A stretch of 64,000 nucleotides of DNA from an uncultured Armatimonadetes bacterium. GTDB lineage: Bacteria; Armatimonadota; UBA5829; DTJY01. The DNA lies in assembly GCA_963717145.1 (NCBI GenBank), contig OY970325.1:608001-672000 (forward strand). The letters are read 5' to 3'. The notes beneath the pieces are model-generated. The model did not search any database. It was given only the letters and a program-made list of their open reading frames with translations, and was not told the origin of the DNA. The translations under genes were made by a program, and so were the position numbers. Numbering within the stretch: position 1 is the stretch's first letter; each line of letters starts with the position of its first letter. This document shows, piece by piece, positions 1 through 9,159 of the stretch.

Positions 1-15
1 AAACGAGAGGAATCC

Positions 16-408
16 ATGATCCAGCGTTTCACCGTTCACACCTCCCACAGGACCGAGTTCATCGAAATCACGCGTGAGGTCCAGGATGCAGTCAATTCGA
101 GCGGCGTCACCGACGGAGTCTGCACAGTTTTCATCCCGCACTCGACTGCCGCCGTCACGATCAATGAGAACGCCGATGCCTACGTCATGAGGGACATCAT
201 CGACATCCTCAACGCCCTTGTGCCCCAGTCGGCGGAATACCGTCACGTCGAAGGGAACGCGGACTCGCACGCCAAGGCGAGCCTCATCGGCTCATCGGTG
301 AATGTGATCGTGGAGAACGGGAAGCTCTTGCTGGGGCAGTGGCAGGGGATCTACTTCTGCGAGTTCGACGGCCCCCGCACGAGGCAGGTCTTCGTCAGGG
401 TGGGGTAA
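16..408 (+). CDS. yjbQ: YjbQ/UPF0047 family protein (secondary thiamine-phosphate synthase family)
   Basis: Motifs PHSTAAVTINEN, HxEGNADSH and LGQWQGIYFCEFDGPR; AGAGGA RBS upstream. Confidence 0.9.
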   Translation: MIQRFTVHTSHRTEFIEITREVQDAVNSSGVTDGVCTVFIPHSTAAVTINENADAYVMRDIIDILNALVPQSAEYRHVEGNADSHAKASLIGSSVNVIVENGKLLLGQWQGIYFCEFDGPRTRQVFVRVG

Positions 409-423
409 GCTGGGCGGATTAGA

Positions 424-464
424 CGGCAGTTGGGGAGGGAGTTCAACTCCCTCCCCAACTGTTG
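424..464. terminator. Hairpin between convergent genes, likely bidirectional terminator
   Basis: CAGTTGGGGAGGGAGT / ACTCCCTCCCCAACTG perfect arms. Confidence 0.7.
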
Positions 465-472
465 TTGGCCGA

Positions 473-1111
473 TCATTCGAGGTCGAACATCTCGGCCGTG
501 ACCCGTCCGGACTCGAAACCATCCACGTGACCGTCGGCGAAAAGCACGTTCGCCTGGTCAAGATGCACCGCGTTGATCGGGGTCGGGACCTGGTCCGCGG
601 GGGCCAGCCCTGGATCGAAGGGCGGCATGACAGTGCTTGCCGACACTCCACCGGTCCTGAAGCATGCATCGACGACCGGCGACTCGATCAGCAGCACCGT
701 CTCGCTCGGTTTCGATGGCGAACTCTCGGTCTCCCACGCGAGCTGCTGGTTCATTCGGAAGCTGAGCCCCGTCTTGAACCGATCCGGGTCGGAGAAGCAG
801 GCGAATACACCGCCCGTCTTGATGTACGGGTAGATCATGCCCTTCTCGACCACGATCGGAAGCGAATCGCCCGGGACCCAGTCGCCGCCCTCAGAGACGG
901 CCTCCCCAGCGCCGGGGTACTTCTCCCAGTCGCCGAGGTAGCAGTGCATGGCGTAACCGAGCTGCCTGAGGTTGGACAGGCATTGGGTTTGGCGGCCCTT
1001 CTCTCTGACCGAGGCGAAAACCGGGAAGAGAATAGATGCTAGAATAAGAATAATCGCTATGACGACGAGAAGCTCGATCAGAGTGAAGCCTCTTGACTTT
1101 CTGTACTTCAT
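473..1111 (-). CDS. Prepilin-type N-terminal cleavage/methylation protein, DUF1559 / H-X9-DG C-terminal motif
   Basis: [23 protein letters not shown] and [13 protein letters not shown]; start set at MKYRK after AAGGAGGTG RBS. Confidence 0.9.
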   Translation of the reverse strand: MKYRKSRGFTLIELLVVIAIILILASILFPVFASVREKGRQTQCLSNLRQLGYAMHCYLGDWEKYPGAGEAVSEGGDWVPGDSLPIVVEKGMIYPYIKTGGVFACFSDPDRFKTGLSFRMNQQLAWETESSPSKPSETVLLIESPVVDACFRTGGVSASTVMPPFDPGLAPADQVPTPINAVHLDQANVLFADGHVDGFESGRVTAEMFDLE

Positions 1112-1228
1112 GGAGATCACCTCCTTTCCGTACAGGACGATCGCACATGTGTTCGATTCCAACACCAGGTAACTGCGATCGTCTTCTACTGGTTATGACA
1201 CGCGGGGTCCGGAAAAGTTGCGGGGGGA

Positions 1229-1307
1229 GGGAGTATGGGAGTATGGGAGTGTGGGGGAGTGGGAGAGCAGGATTCCCCCATTCTCCCATACCCCCACACT
1301 CCCATAC
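1229..1307. repeat. Inverted element built from 8-bp units (GGAGTATG)n / (CATACTCC-like)n
   Basis: GAGTATGG GAGTATGG GAGTGTGG ... TTCTCCCA TACCCCCA CACTCCCA TAC immediately after the lysS stop. Confidence 0.75.
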
Positions 1308-1308
1308 G

Positions 1309-2793
1309 CTATTTCTCCGGCTTGAGCTGCGGGAAGAGGATCACGTCGCGGATCGACGCGGAATCGGTGAACAGCATAATCAGCCGGTCGATGCCGACTC
1401 CGAGCCCGCCGGTCGGAGGCATCCCGTACTCCAACGCCCGCAGGAAGTCCTCGTCCATCGGGTGAGCCTCTTCGTCGCCGGACGCGCGCATCGCGCCCTG
1501 AGCCACGAACCGCTCGCGCTGGTCGATCGGATCGTTGATCTCAGAGAACGCGTTGCCCATCTCCTGCCCGATGATGTAGGGCTCGAACCGCCGAGTGAGC
1601 GACGGATCGTCCTGACGCTTCTTGGCGAGCGGCGAGATCTCGAGCGGGAAATCGGTGATGAACGTCGGCTGAATCAGGTTCGGCTGCATGAACCGCTCGT
1701 GGATCTTGTCGATGATTCCGCCGATCGTCGTCTCCTTCTCCATGTCGAGTCCGAGGCGTTCGCCGGCCGCCTTGGCGCTCTCCACCGATCGAAACTCCGC
1801 TGGTTCGATGCCCGAATACTGCTTGATCCCCTCCAGGAGCGGAAGGCGCTTCCACGGTGGGGTAAGGTCGACGGTCTGTCCCTGGTACGTGAGCGTGAGC
1901 CCGCCGTGGATACGCTCGCACACGAAGCAGAACAGGCGCTCCACCAGGTCCATGATGTCTTCGAGGTTCGCGTATGCCTGGTAAAGCTCCATCATCGTGA
2001 ACTCGGGATTGTGGCGGGTCGAGATGCCCTCGTTCCGGAAGACGCGGCCCATCTCGTAGACCTTGTCGAATCCGCCGACGATCAGCCGCTTGAGGTAAAG
2101 CTCAAGCGAGATCCTGAGGTGGAAAGTATGATCGAGCGCGTTGTGATACGTCAGGAACGGTCTCGCCGCCGCGCCGCCCGCGATCGCCTGCAGGACCGGC
2201 GTCTCGACCTCGATGAAATCCTCGGCGTTCAGGAACTCGCGGATCGCGTTGAGTATCCGGGTGCGCCTCAGCATCGTCTCCCTGACCTCGGGGTGCACGA
2301 TCAGATCGAGGTACCGCTGCCGATACCGCTGCTCGACATCGTGGAGGGTGTACCACTCCTCCTCGCCCTTCTGCTTGCCGATGGGGAGTGGGCGCAGTGA
2401 CTTTGCCAGGAACTCGAACTCTTCCGCGAAGACGGTGATCTCGCCGGTCCGCGTCTTGCCGACTTTGCCACGAACGCCGATGAAGTCGCCGACATCCATG
2501 TCGCGAACAAGCGCGTACTTGTCTTCGCCGATCGCATCGGTCTTGAGGTAGACCTGCATACGGGCGCCCGAGTCCTGGAGATGGGCGAACGACGCCTTGC
2601 CCATTGCACGGAACGATACTACTCGTCCTGCAATCGAGACGCTTTGCCCGTCAAGCTCGTCAGCGCGGTCGACAATCTCCTGGGCGGTGTGAGTCCGCTC
2701 GTAGCGCTCGATGGCAAACGGGTCGATGCCCTGCTCCCGCATTTGCCGGAGTTTCTCAAGCCGATGCTCGATCAGTTCGCTCTCTTCGTTCAC
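1309..2793 (-). CDS. lysS: Lysine--tRNA ligase (class II)
   Basis: OB-fold N-terminus, RYRQRYLDL, FRNEG, EFTMMELY, YGMPPTGGLGVGIDR. Confidence 0.98.
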   Translation of the reverse strand: MNEESELIEHRLEKLRQMREQGIDPFAIERYERTHTAQEIVDRADELDGQSVSIAGRVVSFRAMGKASFAHLQDSGARMQVYLKTDAIGEDKYALVRDMDVGDFIGVRGKVGKTRTGEITVFAEEFEFLAKSLRPLPIGKQKGEEEWYTLHDVEQRYRQRYLDLIVHPEVRETMLRRTRILNAIREFLNAEDFIEVETPVLQAIAGGAAARPFLTYHNALDHTFHLRISLELYLKRLIVGGFDKVYEMGRVFRNEGISTRHNPEFTMMELYQAYANLEDIMDLVERLFCFVCERIHGGLTLTYQGQTVDLTPPWKRLPLLEGIKQYSGIEPAEFRSVESAKAAGERLGLDMEKETTIGGIIDKIHERFMQPNLIQPTFITDFPLEISPLAKKRQDDPSLTRRFEPYIIGQEMGNAFSEINDPIDQRERFVAQGAMRASGDEEAHPMDEDFLRALEYGMPPTGGLGVGIDRLIMLFTDSASIRDVILFPQLKPEK

Positions 2794-2907
2794 TTGCCTG
2801 CTCCTCTCACCTATATGTTGAACAGCGCATAGCCGGTTCCCTCCCTCTCGAGGGAGAGACCGGCCATGCGCTGTTCGTTGAAATCTATGCTTAGCCTGGT
2901 GGGGAAG

Positions 2908-3396
2908 CTACTTGGTGATCTTCACGATCTTCAAGTGCATCTCGCCTGCCGGTGTCTCGACGCTGAGCGTGTCGCCGACCTTTCTCTCCATCAAGGCCTC
3001 TCCGACGGGCGATTCATTCGAGATGCGGTCCTCAGCGGGATCCGCTTCGATCGAACCGACAATGGTATAGACCCACTGATCCTTCGTGTCCAGGTCGCGT
3101 ACTTTGACCTTGGATCCGATCCCGACGACATCTGTCGTGATGTCCTCATCCTGGAGGATCTGGACGTTCTGGAGAACACGCTTCAGCTCGATGATGCGGC
3201 CTTCGACGAAAGCCTGCTCATTCTTTGCATCCTCGTACTCGGAGTTCTCCGAAAGCTCGCCGAATTGCTTCGACTCCCTGATCCTCTCAGCGATCTCTCT
3301 TCTATGTACAGTGCGAAGGTGCTCCAGCTCCTGCTCGATCCGGTTGAAGCCCTCCGCAGTTATGACGAAATCGTTATCTGTAGTCATGTGGCCCAT
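2908..3396 (-). CDS. greA: Transcription elongation factor GreA
   Basis: GELSENSEYEDAK, ISNESPVGEAL; adjacent to lysS. Confidence 0.96.
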   Translation of the reverse strand: MGHMTTDNDFVITAEGFNRIEQELEHLRTVHRREIAERIRESKQFGELSENSEYEDAKNEQAFVEGRIIELKRVLQNVQILQDEDITTDVVGIGSKVKVRDLDTKDQWVYTIVGSIEADPAEDRISNESPVGEALMERKVGDTLSVETPAGEMHLKIVKITK

Positions 3397-3489
3397 CCCT
3401 CAACCGCTCAATAATATAAGCACTGATTGCCCCCACTTCTTCCTGAGCCACCAGTGCTTAGAGTGCGCGCCGAGTCGTTTTTCGAAGGG

Positions 3490-3518
3490 ATTCTACCACA
3501 GAGACCGCCGTTTGTCAA
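3490..3518 (-). promoter_or_regulatory. sigma70-type promoter of greA-lysS
   Basis: TTGACA-17 bp-TAGAAT with extended -10 TG on the minus strand. Confidence 0.75.
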
Positions 3519-3614
3519 ACATGTTTTTATGGGTAAACGCTGAAGATTGACACAGTCTGCAGCTTGTACACGTGATTGGGGCATGGTCCTCTGTGGGGGT
3601 GAGAAGCCACAAAT

Positions 3615-3789
3615 GATGAAGGGGTCCGCTCGCGCGGACCCCACATTACAGGTGAACTGCCTCGAGGGATCAGTTCATGACCCGAAGGCTAAAACCTAGC
3701 CCTCAGCGTCACCTCGTTGACTATTCTGCATGTAGCCACCACCTCCTCTAAAGGATCGCCTATGGCGTCGCCCCGCATCGCGGAACGTA
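3615..3789 (-). ncRNA. Candidate structured small RNA containing an SD-led 11-codon ORF
   Basis: Own consensus promoter, several hairpins, terminal GC stem with GCGA loop followed by TTCATCATTT; no long ORF. Confidence 0.55.
3696..3731 (-). CDS. Putative 11-aa micropeptide MQNSQRGDAEG
   Basis: AGGAGGT SD 9 nt before ATG; TAG stop lies within a hairpin. Confidence 0.4.
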   Translation of the reverse strand: MQNSQRGDAEG

Positions 3790-3794
3790 CTCAT

Positions 3795-3823
3795 ATTGTA
3801 CCAGAGAGCAGGGGAAGTGTCAA
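3795..3823 (-). promoter_or_regulatory. sigma70-type promoter for the small RNA/micropeptide unit
   Basis: TTGACA-17 bp-TACAAT, with TG extension. Confidence 0.75.
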
Positions 3824-3896
3824 AGGAATTTATCAGAGAATTCACATACGCCCGCGATTGTCGATTCCTCGCCGAAAAACTGGTAATAATACCGGC

Positions 3897-3925
3897 TTGA
3901 CGGGAACGCCAAAGCGTGATACTCT
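3897..3925 (+). promoter_or_regulatory. Putative sigma70 promoter with no downstream + strand gene
   Basis: TTGACG-17 bp-TACTCT, with TG extension. Confidence 0.5.
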
Positions 3926-3931
3926 TTGTGT

Positions 3932-4080
3932 AATCGCAAGGCCGCTTCATTTGTCTCAAAAAATTGAAGCTGAGCTGGCTAGAACTGGAAGCGCGTCAGC
4001 AGTGGGATCATACGGCGCAGTCTCGATAAAGGGGACTGCTCGTACCCATCGCAGACGCGTTTTCTTTGTCTCAGGGTTTT
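3932..4080 (+). ncRNA. Candidate rod-like structured RNA
   Basis: Long bulged hairpin 3987-4064 whose G-U pairs favour the + strand, followed by a U-rich tail; small 5' hairpin 3944-3970. Confidence 0.4.
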
Positions 4081-4116
4081 CTGCATCCGCCCATCTCCGA
4101 ATTCCGGTCACTTCCG

Positions 4117-7100
4117 TCAGGGATGGGCCTCATGCCCGGCCAAGTCGATCACGAGGTGGTTGGTCGCCCTGGGCTGCATTTTCACAGTCCCAACCGTCTT
4201 GTCCCCAACAGGCGACACATACTCCGAAACGGGAATCACCTCGCCATTCAGGTCGAGGGTCTCCGGATGGTAGATGCCGCCCGTCAGCGCGTATATGGTG
4301 CTCGGGGCATAGGTGAAGTCCGCGCTGAGGGAACCTTGGACGTAGGCCGGCTTCAAGTCCTGGATCGGCAGAGTCAACGTGAGCAGTTGGGAGCGCCTGT
4401 CTCGAACACTATGAGTCGTCGGCTCGGAATCCGCGCCTGCGTCTCTGAGGATATTTCGCGCGATCAGCCTCGGATTGAGGTCCCAGTGATACTGCTCTCT
4501 GCCCATGATCGGGCTGTAGGCGTCAGGGTACATGCCCGCGTCGGCCGGGTATTCCCGGGTGACGTATTCCTGCTGCTGGACTCCGCAGTTCAGTATGCCC
4601 TTCGATATTTGCTTCCACGGCAGAGACTTGTCGAAATCCGACAGCTTGTCCAGCGAGTAGCCGTATTCCAGGCCGCACCACTGAACGATGACTCCGAACC
4701 AAGGTTGCTTGTCGAACCAGGTCGAGCCGAACACCGGGATCGTTCCATAGCGCATGATCGGCTGGTCATCGGCATTCCACAGGTACACGAACGGCAGTCC
4801 GGACTTCGCCCAGTAGACTGCGCGAGCGAGGTAGCGCTTCTCGTCGGTCAAGCGGTAACCTGCCAGATACGACCTCACCAGGTATGCCGACGCGAGGATG
4901 TCCGGTACGTGCAACTGCAGTTCCCACGTCTGAGCGCCCTCGGGACGGGTCGTAGTATCCAGGAATTTCAGCGCCTTCAGGCCCGCCGCTTTCGCCGCGG
5001 CGTCCCCCGTGATGAGGGCATGCTCCAGGATCTGCTGGGCTCTCAGAGCGGTCCACCCCGACGATGTGTCACCCGGCTTGCCGAAGACCTCATGCTCCTT
5101 GTCGGGCGCGTATGCCCAGGAGCCATCCTCCCGTTGACCCTTCATCAAGCCCTCGATCTGCTGATACTGGCGATCGAGTGCCTCCTTGACACCGCCCACG
5201 TAGAGGGACGTGCTGAGCGGGATGCTGCCCTTCACCGTGTCGGTCGCCGCCGTGACCACGTCCCGGATCTTGGAGGCCTCATGGAGGCGGTTGCTGCGGG
5301 CGAACAGATAGTTGGCGATCATCGGATCGAACGTGGCGACGTGGGTGTTCGTGTGCTTCCAGGCCTTGAGGGTGGGATCCCAACTCGATCCGAGGAACGA
5401 CCGATCGCACAGGTCTTCCGGCTTACCGGCAATTCTCGGCGGCTCGGGGAGGCCGTGCCTGGCGATCCACTCGTCCACCGCATCGAGCACTGTGGTTGAG
5501 TCGGTTTTCACCGACAGGGTCGCCTCGAGCCGTATCGACTCCCCGGCGGCCAGGGTGTAAGGCTTCTCCGCCACCAGCTTGTTCTCCGGCATCCCGCTCG
5601 GGATCGACGGCGCGAACAGGCTCATGAGGTGATTGTCCTGCGCCTCCACGAAGTTGGGCGATGCGAAAACCACCGATGGGCGATCGGCCTTGCCGTCCCA
5701 TTTCTGGAGCGGATCCCACTCCAGCATGATCAGAGTGCCGCCGTTTCTGATCGCCATGAAGGGGATGGTGATCTTGTTGGGGTGGGGGACGGTCCGCAGG
5801 TTCTCCGGCGGACTGACGAACTCTGTGCCGGACGACTGCTCGGTCAAGAGGTATTCGAGGCCCGGGAAGAGACCCTCGTCCTTCTCGTAGCCGAATGCAC
5901 CGTCGCCGGCATAGATGGTTGGCCCCGAGAAGTGCAGGATGTCCACCGACTGGTCTGCCTTGACGGAATGCACCAGTGAGACATTTGGCTTCTCGGCCTC
6001 GAGCTTGAAGGTCCACTGGAACGTGCAGGATGAAGTTCCGATCGGCTGCATCCCAGTGAACGCGACCGAATCGGCAGCCATCTTCACTTCGTCCGGATAG
6101 AGACCGTACTCAGCAGCCTGATTCGCATCCAGGCTGGCCACGAGCTTACCGAACGGGCCTGATGCAACCTGTTCCCAAGAGCCGCCCTTCGGCACGCTCA
6201 TCGTCCAGGCTGCGAACCCCGCCGCGGACTTGAGGAACTGCACTCGAAGCTTAGCGTTCTGAAGCACGACCGATCCGTCAGAGAGCTGTTGCGCTCCCAC
6301 ACCGGTCTCTTGATTTGCGGGTTCCGCGCCCGGAGCTACGAGCGCAACATGCTTCATGGCACTTGTCGTCACGCCATCCTTCATGCTGACAAATACGCCC
6401 ACATTGAGCGCCCCCGGGGCCGCTGACGGAGTGACTTTGCATTCGAAGGTCTTGCTCTCCCCTGGCATCAGCGTACCGATGGGAAGCGTTGTGATCTTCA
6501 CCACCGGGACGATACTGATTTTTCCATGTTCAGAGGTCGAGTTCTGCCGGAACTCCACGGATCCGGCGTCGGACTCACTGAGCGTGCCCTCGCCATTGTT
6601 CTTGATGACCGCTCGGAGTATGGCCGGCTTCCCCTGGTAGAGCAACGCGCTCGTCGGTCCGAAGGCTGTGATCTCCAGTTTCGGCGAGAAGGCATAGACG
6701 CCGATATCCTTCGCATCGCCCGCGTACTCGACCTTGACCGACTGCGAGCCGGCTGAGATGAAGTCGAACTTGGCGGCGGCGAATCGGCCTTTCGAAAGAC
6801 TCATGGTGATCGGTTGCCCGCCACCAACCGGAGTGATGGTGAGCGTGGCATCCGTGGACGGTTCGGCAACGATGATACCCTTCGCGACCGGGGCCGCGCC
6901 GGCGCTGAGGATATCCTTCGACAGCCGAAATACCTGCGGCGCTCCCCAGAGTGCCCAGTCGTAGTTCGTGTTCTCGTTGCCTCTGGTGATGAAGGCAACC
7001 TTGATCTCTTTCCCGGCATGGGGGGTCAGATCGACTGCTCCGTCGCGCCAACCGTAGTCCTTCAGGTCGGCCTCGAACTCCTTCCTGCCGTTGACCTTCA

Positions 7101-7452
7101 ACTCGAATGAGACTCCATCGAACGGGTGGGCGGCGTCGTTCATTGGAATGGCATCGGAGAGCCCGGCGCTGTACACGAACACCAGCTTCTCGCCGGATTC
7201 CATCTTCGGGAGATCGATGGAATATGCTGCAATCGTGTCGCTAGGGCCGGTCGGATGCAGGAAGATCGCCGGCCTGACCACGCCATTCGACTTGCCTGTC
7301 TGAATGCCCGGCGACATGGCGTCGGAAACCACGGCGTCGGGGAATCGCTGGACGAAATCGTAGACGACGGATGCCCCGCCTGCGAAGACGGCTGAGGCGG
7401 CCGCTGCCAGTGTGATGATTGCTGCGAGCAGGGTTGCGGAGTTGCTGATCAT
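4117..7452 (-). CDS. Large secreted protein; N-terminal beta-sandwich/CARDB-like parts and C-terminal (alpha/alpha) toroid, probable glycan-active enzyme
   Basis: Signal peptide MISNSATLLAAIITLAAAASAVFA; QREDGSW (QW-type) motif; about 1110 aa. Confidence 0.6.
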   Translation of the reverse strand: MISNSATLLAAIITLAAAASAVFAGGASVVYDFVQRFPDAVVSDAMSPGIQTGKSNGVVRPAIFLHPTGPSDTIAAYSIDLPKMESGEKLVFVYSAGLSDAIPMNDAAHPFDGVSFELKVNGRKEFEADLKDYGWRDGAVDLTPHAGKEIKVAFITRGNENTNYDWALWGAPQVFRLSKDILSAGAAPVAKGIIVAEPSTDATLTITPVGGGQPITMSLSKGRFAAAKFDFISAGSQSVKVEYAGDAKDIGVYAFSPKLEITAFGPTSALLYQGKPAILRAVIKNNGEGTLSESDAGSVEFRQNSTSEHGKISIVPVVKITTLPIGTLMPGESKTFECKVTPSAAPGALNVGVFVSMKDGVTTSAMKHVALVAPGAEPANQETGVGAQQLSDGSVVLQNAKLRVQFLKSAAGFAAWTMSVPKGGSWEQVASGPFGKLVASLDANQAAEYGLYPDEVKMAADSVAFTGMQPIGTSSCTFQWTFKLEAEKPNVSLVHSVKADQSVDILHFSGPTIYAGDGAFGYEKDEGLFPGLEYLLTEQSSGTEFVSPPENLRTVPHPNKITIPFMAIRNGGTLIMLEWDPLQKWDGKADRPSVVFASPNFVEAQDNHLMSLFAPSIPSGMPENKLVAEKPYTLAAGESIRLEATLSVKTDSTTVLDAVDEWIARHGLPEPPRIAGKPEDLCDRSFLGSSWDPTLKAWKHTNTHVATFDPMIANYLFARSNRLHEASKIRDVVTAATDTVKGSIPLSTSLYVGGVKEALDRQYQQIEGLMKGQREDGSWAYAPDKEHEVFGKPGDTSSGWTALRAQQILEHALITGDAAAKAAGLKALKFLDTTTRPEGAQTWELQLHVPDILASAYLVRSYLAGYRLTDEKRYLARAVYWAKSGLPFVYLWNADDQPIMRYGTIPVFGSTWFDKQPWFGVIVQWCGLEYGYSLDKLSDFDKSLPWKQISKGILNCGVQQQEYVTREYPADAGMYPDAYSPIMGREQYHWDLNPRLIARNILRDAGADSEPTTHSVRDRRSQLLTLTLPIQDLKPAYVQGSLSADFTYAPSTIYALTGGIYHPETLDLNGEVIPVSEYVSPVGDKTVGTVKMQPRATNHLVIDLAGHEAHP

Positions 7453-7546
7453 ATTTCCTCCTCGATTCGCGACGCTCAAAAAAGGAGGGGAAGATAATCA
7501 TCTCCCCCTCCTCCATTGTTCATATTCGGTTGTGCTCTGTCAAGCC

Positions 7547-8848
7547 CTACACATCCACGAGCTTGCCACTGAAGTACGCGTCATACGCGGCCAGGTCGAG
7601 CAATCCGTGTCCACTCAGGTTGAACAGGATGACCTTTTCCTTGCCCTCCGCCTTGGCCTTCAGTGCTTCGTCCATGGCTGCCTTGACCGCATGCGAACTC
7701 TCCGGCGCGGGGATGATCCCCTCGGTCCGGGCGAAACTGACCGCGGACTCGAAGACCGGCGTCTGCGGATAGGCCACGCCCTCGATGAAGCCCTTCTCCA
7801 CCAGCAGGCTGACCAGTGGCGCCATGCCGTGGTATCGCAGTCCACCCGCGTGGATCCCCGGCGGGATGAAGCTGTGGCCGAGAGTGTGCATCTTGAGCAG
7901 CGGGGTCATCTCCGCCGTGTCACCGAAGTCGTACTCGTACGGTCCCTTGGTGATCGTCGGGCAGGCAGTCGGCTCGACGGCGATGAAGCGGATGTCTTTG
8001 CCGGCGAACTTGTCCGGCATGAACGGGAAAGCGAGTCCGGCGAAGTTGCTCCCTCCGCCAACGCATCCGATGATGATGTCCGGATAGGCCCCGGCCATTT
8101 CCATCTGCTTGATGGCTTCCTGGCCGATAACCGTCTGATGCAGCAGGACGTGGTTCAGCACGCTTCCGAGGGAGTACTTCACCTCGGGACCTGAGACCGC
8201 GTCCTCCAGCGCTTCACTGATCGCGATCCCGAGGCTTCCGGGGCAATCCGGGTCCTCGGCGAGCACCTTGCGCCCGTAGGCGGTTTTCTCGCTCGGGCTC
8301 GGGTAGATGGTCGCGCCGTAGACGTTCATCATGAACTTACGGTATGGCTTTTGGTTGTAGCTGACCTTGACCATATAGACCGTGCAGTCGAGGCCGAAGA
8401 AGCGGCATGCCATCGAGAGAGCGGTTCCCCATTGTCCGGCGCCTGTCTCGGTGGAGATGCGCTTGACGCCTTCCATCTTGTTGTAGTACGCCTGAGCAAC
8501 CGCGGTATTCCCCTTGTGGCTGCCGACGGGGCTGGCGCCTTCCCACTTGTAGTAGATCTTGGCGGGTGTGCCGAGTGCCTTCTCCCACTTGGTGGCCCGA
8601 TACAGCGGCGTGGGTCGCCAGATGCTGAGGACATCCAGCACGGGCTCCGGGATCGGAATCCAGCGGTCAGGGCTCATCTCCTGCATGATGATGCTCATGG
8701 GGAAGATCGGCGCTAGATCGTCGGGCCCTGCAGGCTGTTTGGTCCCGGGATGCAGCGGTGGAGGAGGCGGCCCATCCAGATCGGCCGCGACGTTGTACCA
8801 CTGTCTCGGGAGGTCCTTCGGGCTTAACAGAAACTGGCGATCGTCCAT
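7547..8848 (-). CDS. trpB2: TrpB2-type tryptophan synthase beta-like PLP enzyme
   Basis: [11 protein letters not shown] lysine, [34 protein letters not shown]. Confidence 0.93.
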   Translation of the reverse strand: MDDRQFLLSPKDLPRQWYNVAADLDGPPPPPLHPGTKQPAGPDDLAPIFPMSIIMQEMSPDRWIPIPEPVLDVLSIWRPTPLYRATKWEKALGTPAKIYYKWEGASPVGSHKGNTAVAQAYYNKMEGVKRISTETGAGQWGTALSMACRFFGLDCTVYMVKVSYNQKPYRKFMMNVYGATIYPSPSEKTAYGRKVLAEDPDCPGSLGIAISEALEDAVSGPEVKYSLGSVLNHVLLHQTVIGQEAIKQMEMAGAYPDIIIGCVGGGSNFAGLAFPFMPDKFAGKDIRFIAVEPTACPTITKGPYEYDFGDTAEMTPLLKMHTLGHSFIPPGIHAGGLRYHGMAPLVSLLVEKGFIEGVAYPQTPVFESAVSFARTEGIIPAPESSHAVKAAMDEALKAKAEGKEKVILFNLSGHGLLDLAAYDAYFSGKLVDV

Positions 8849-8935
8849 TGTCAGCGGTCCTCCTTCGGTCTGATTGACGCCCATTCCTGCTGCCGGCACG
8901 AGCATGCCGGCGGTGGGTCGGGCGAAACTTGCTAC

Positions 8936-8964
8936 ATATTAGACTGATTTTTCGGATAAGTCAA
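8936..8964 (-). promoter_or_regulatory. sigma70-type promoter of trpB2
   Basis: TTGACT-17 bp-TAATAT. Confidence 0.6.
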
Positions 8965-9028
8965 CACTTTGGCAAACCATGAAGAACCTTAAGCCGGTGT
9001 TAGGAAAACTTGACGCCGCGCCATGAGT

Positions 9029-9057
9029 TTGACACGCTCCACCGCCAGGCATATACT
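9029..9057 (+). promoter_or_regulatory. sigma70-type promoter of ggt
   Basis: TTGACA-17 bp-TATACT. Confidence 0.75.
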
Positions 9058-9070
9058 TGCTCAGAGATCA

Positions 9071-9141
9071 CCCGTAGTGGCCGTGCCTCAGTGCCGGCCA
9101 GCAGCAGGACGAGGCCGGCACTGAGGCACGGCCACTACGGG
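9071..9141. repeat. GTAG-type REP doublet (REPIN-like), copy 1
   Basis: Perfect 29-bp arms CCCGTAGTGGCCGTGCCTCAGTGCCGGCC; recurs at 30461 and 38332. Confidence 0.85.
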
Positions 9142-9159
9142 CCACAAGGGGAGGACACT

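Noticed and set aside
1093-2400. Long antisense or overlapping ORFs (for example 1093-2400, 4066-5499, 17007-18254, 18331-20196, 26717-28357, 50126-51928)
   Set aside because: Shadow frames of well-supported genes in GC-rich DNA, with no recognisable motifs
3615-3789. Possible 6S RNA, tmRNA, SRP RNA, T-box or lysine riboswitch near greA-lysS
   Set aside because: No tRNA-like ends, SRP loop, T-box sequence or lysine-riboswitch core recognised
3696-3959. 87-aa ORF in the track, and the 199-aa ORF 3717-4316
   Set aside because: Both run through promoter elements and lack an RBS; only the last 11 codons of the first have an SD
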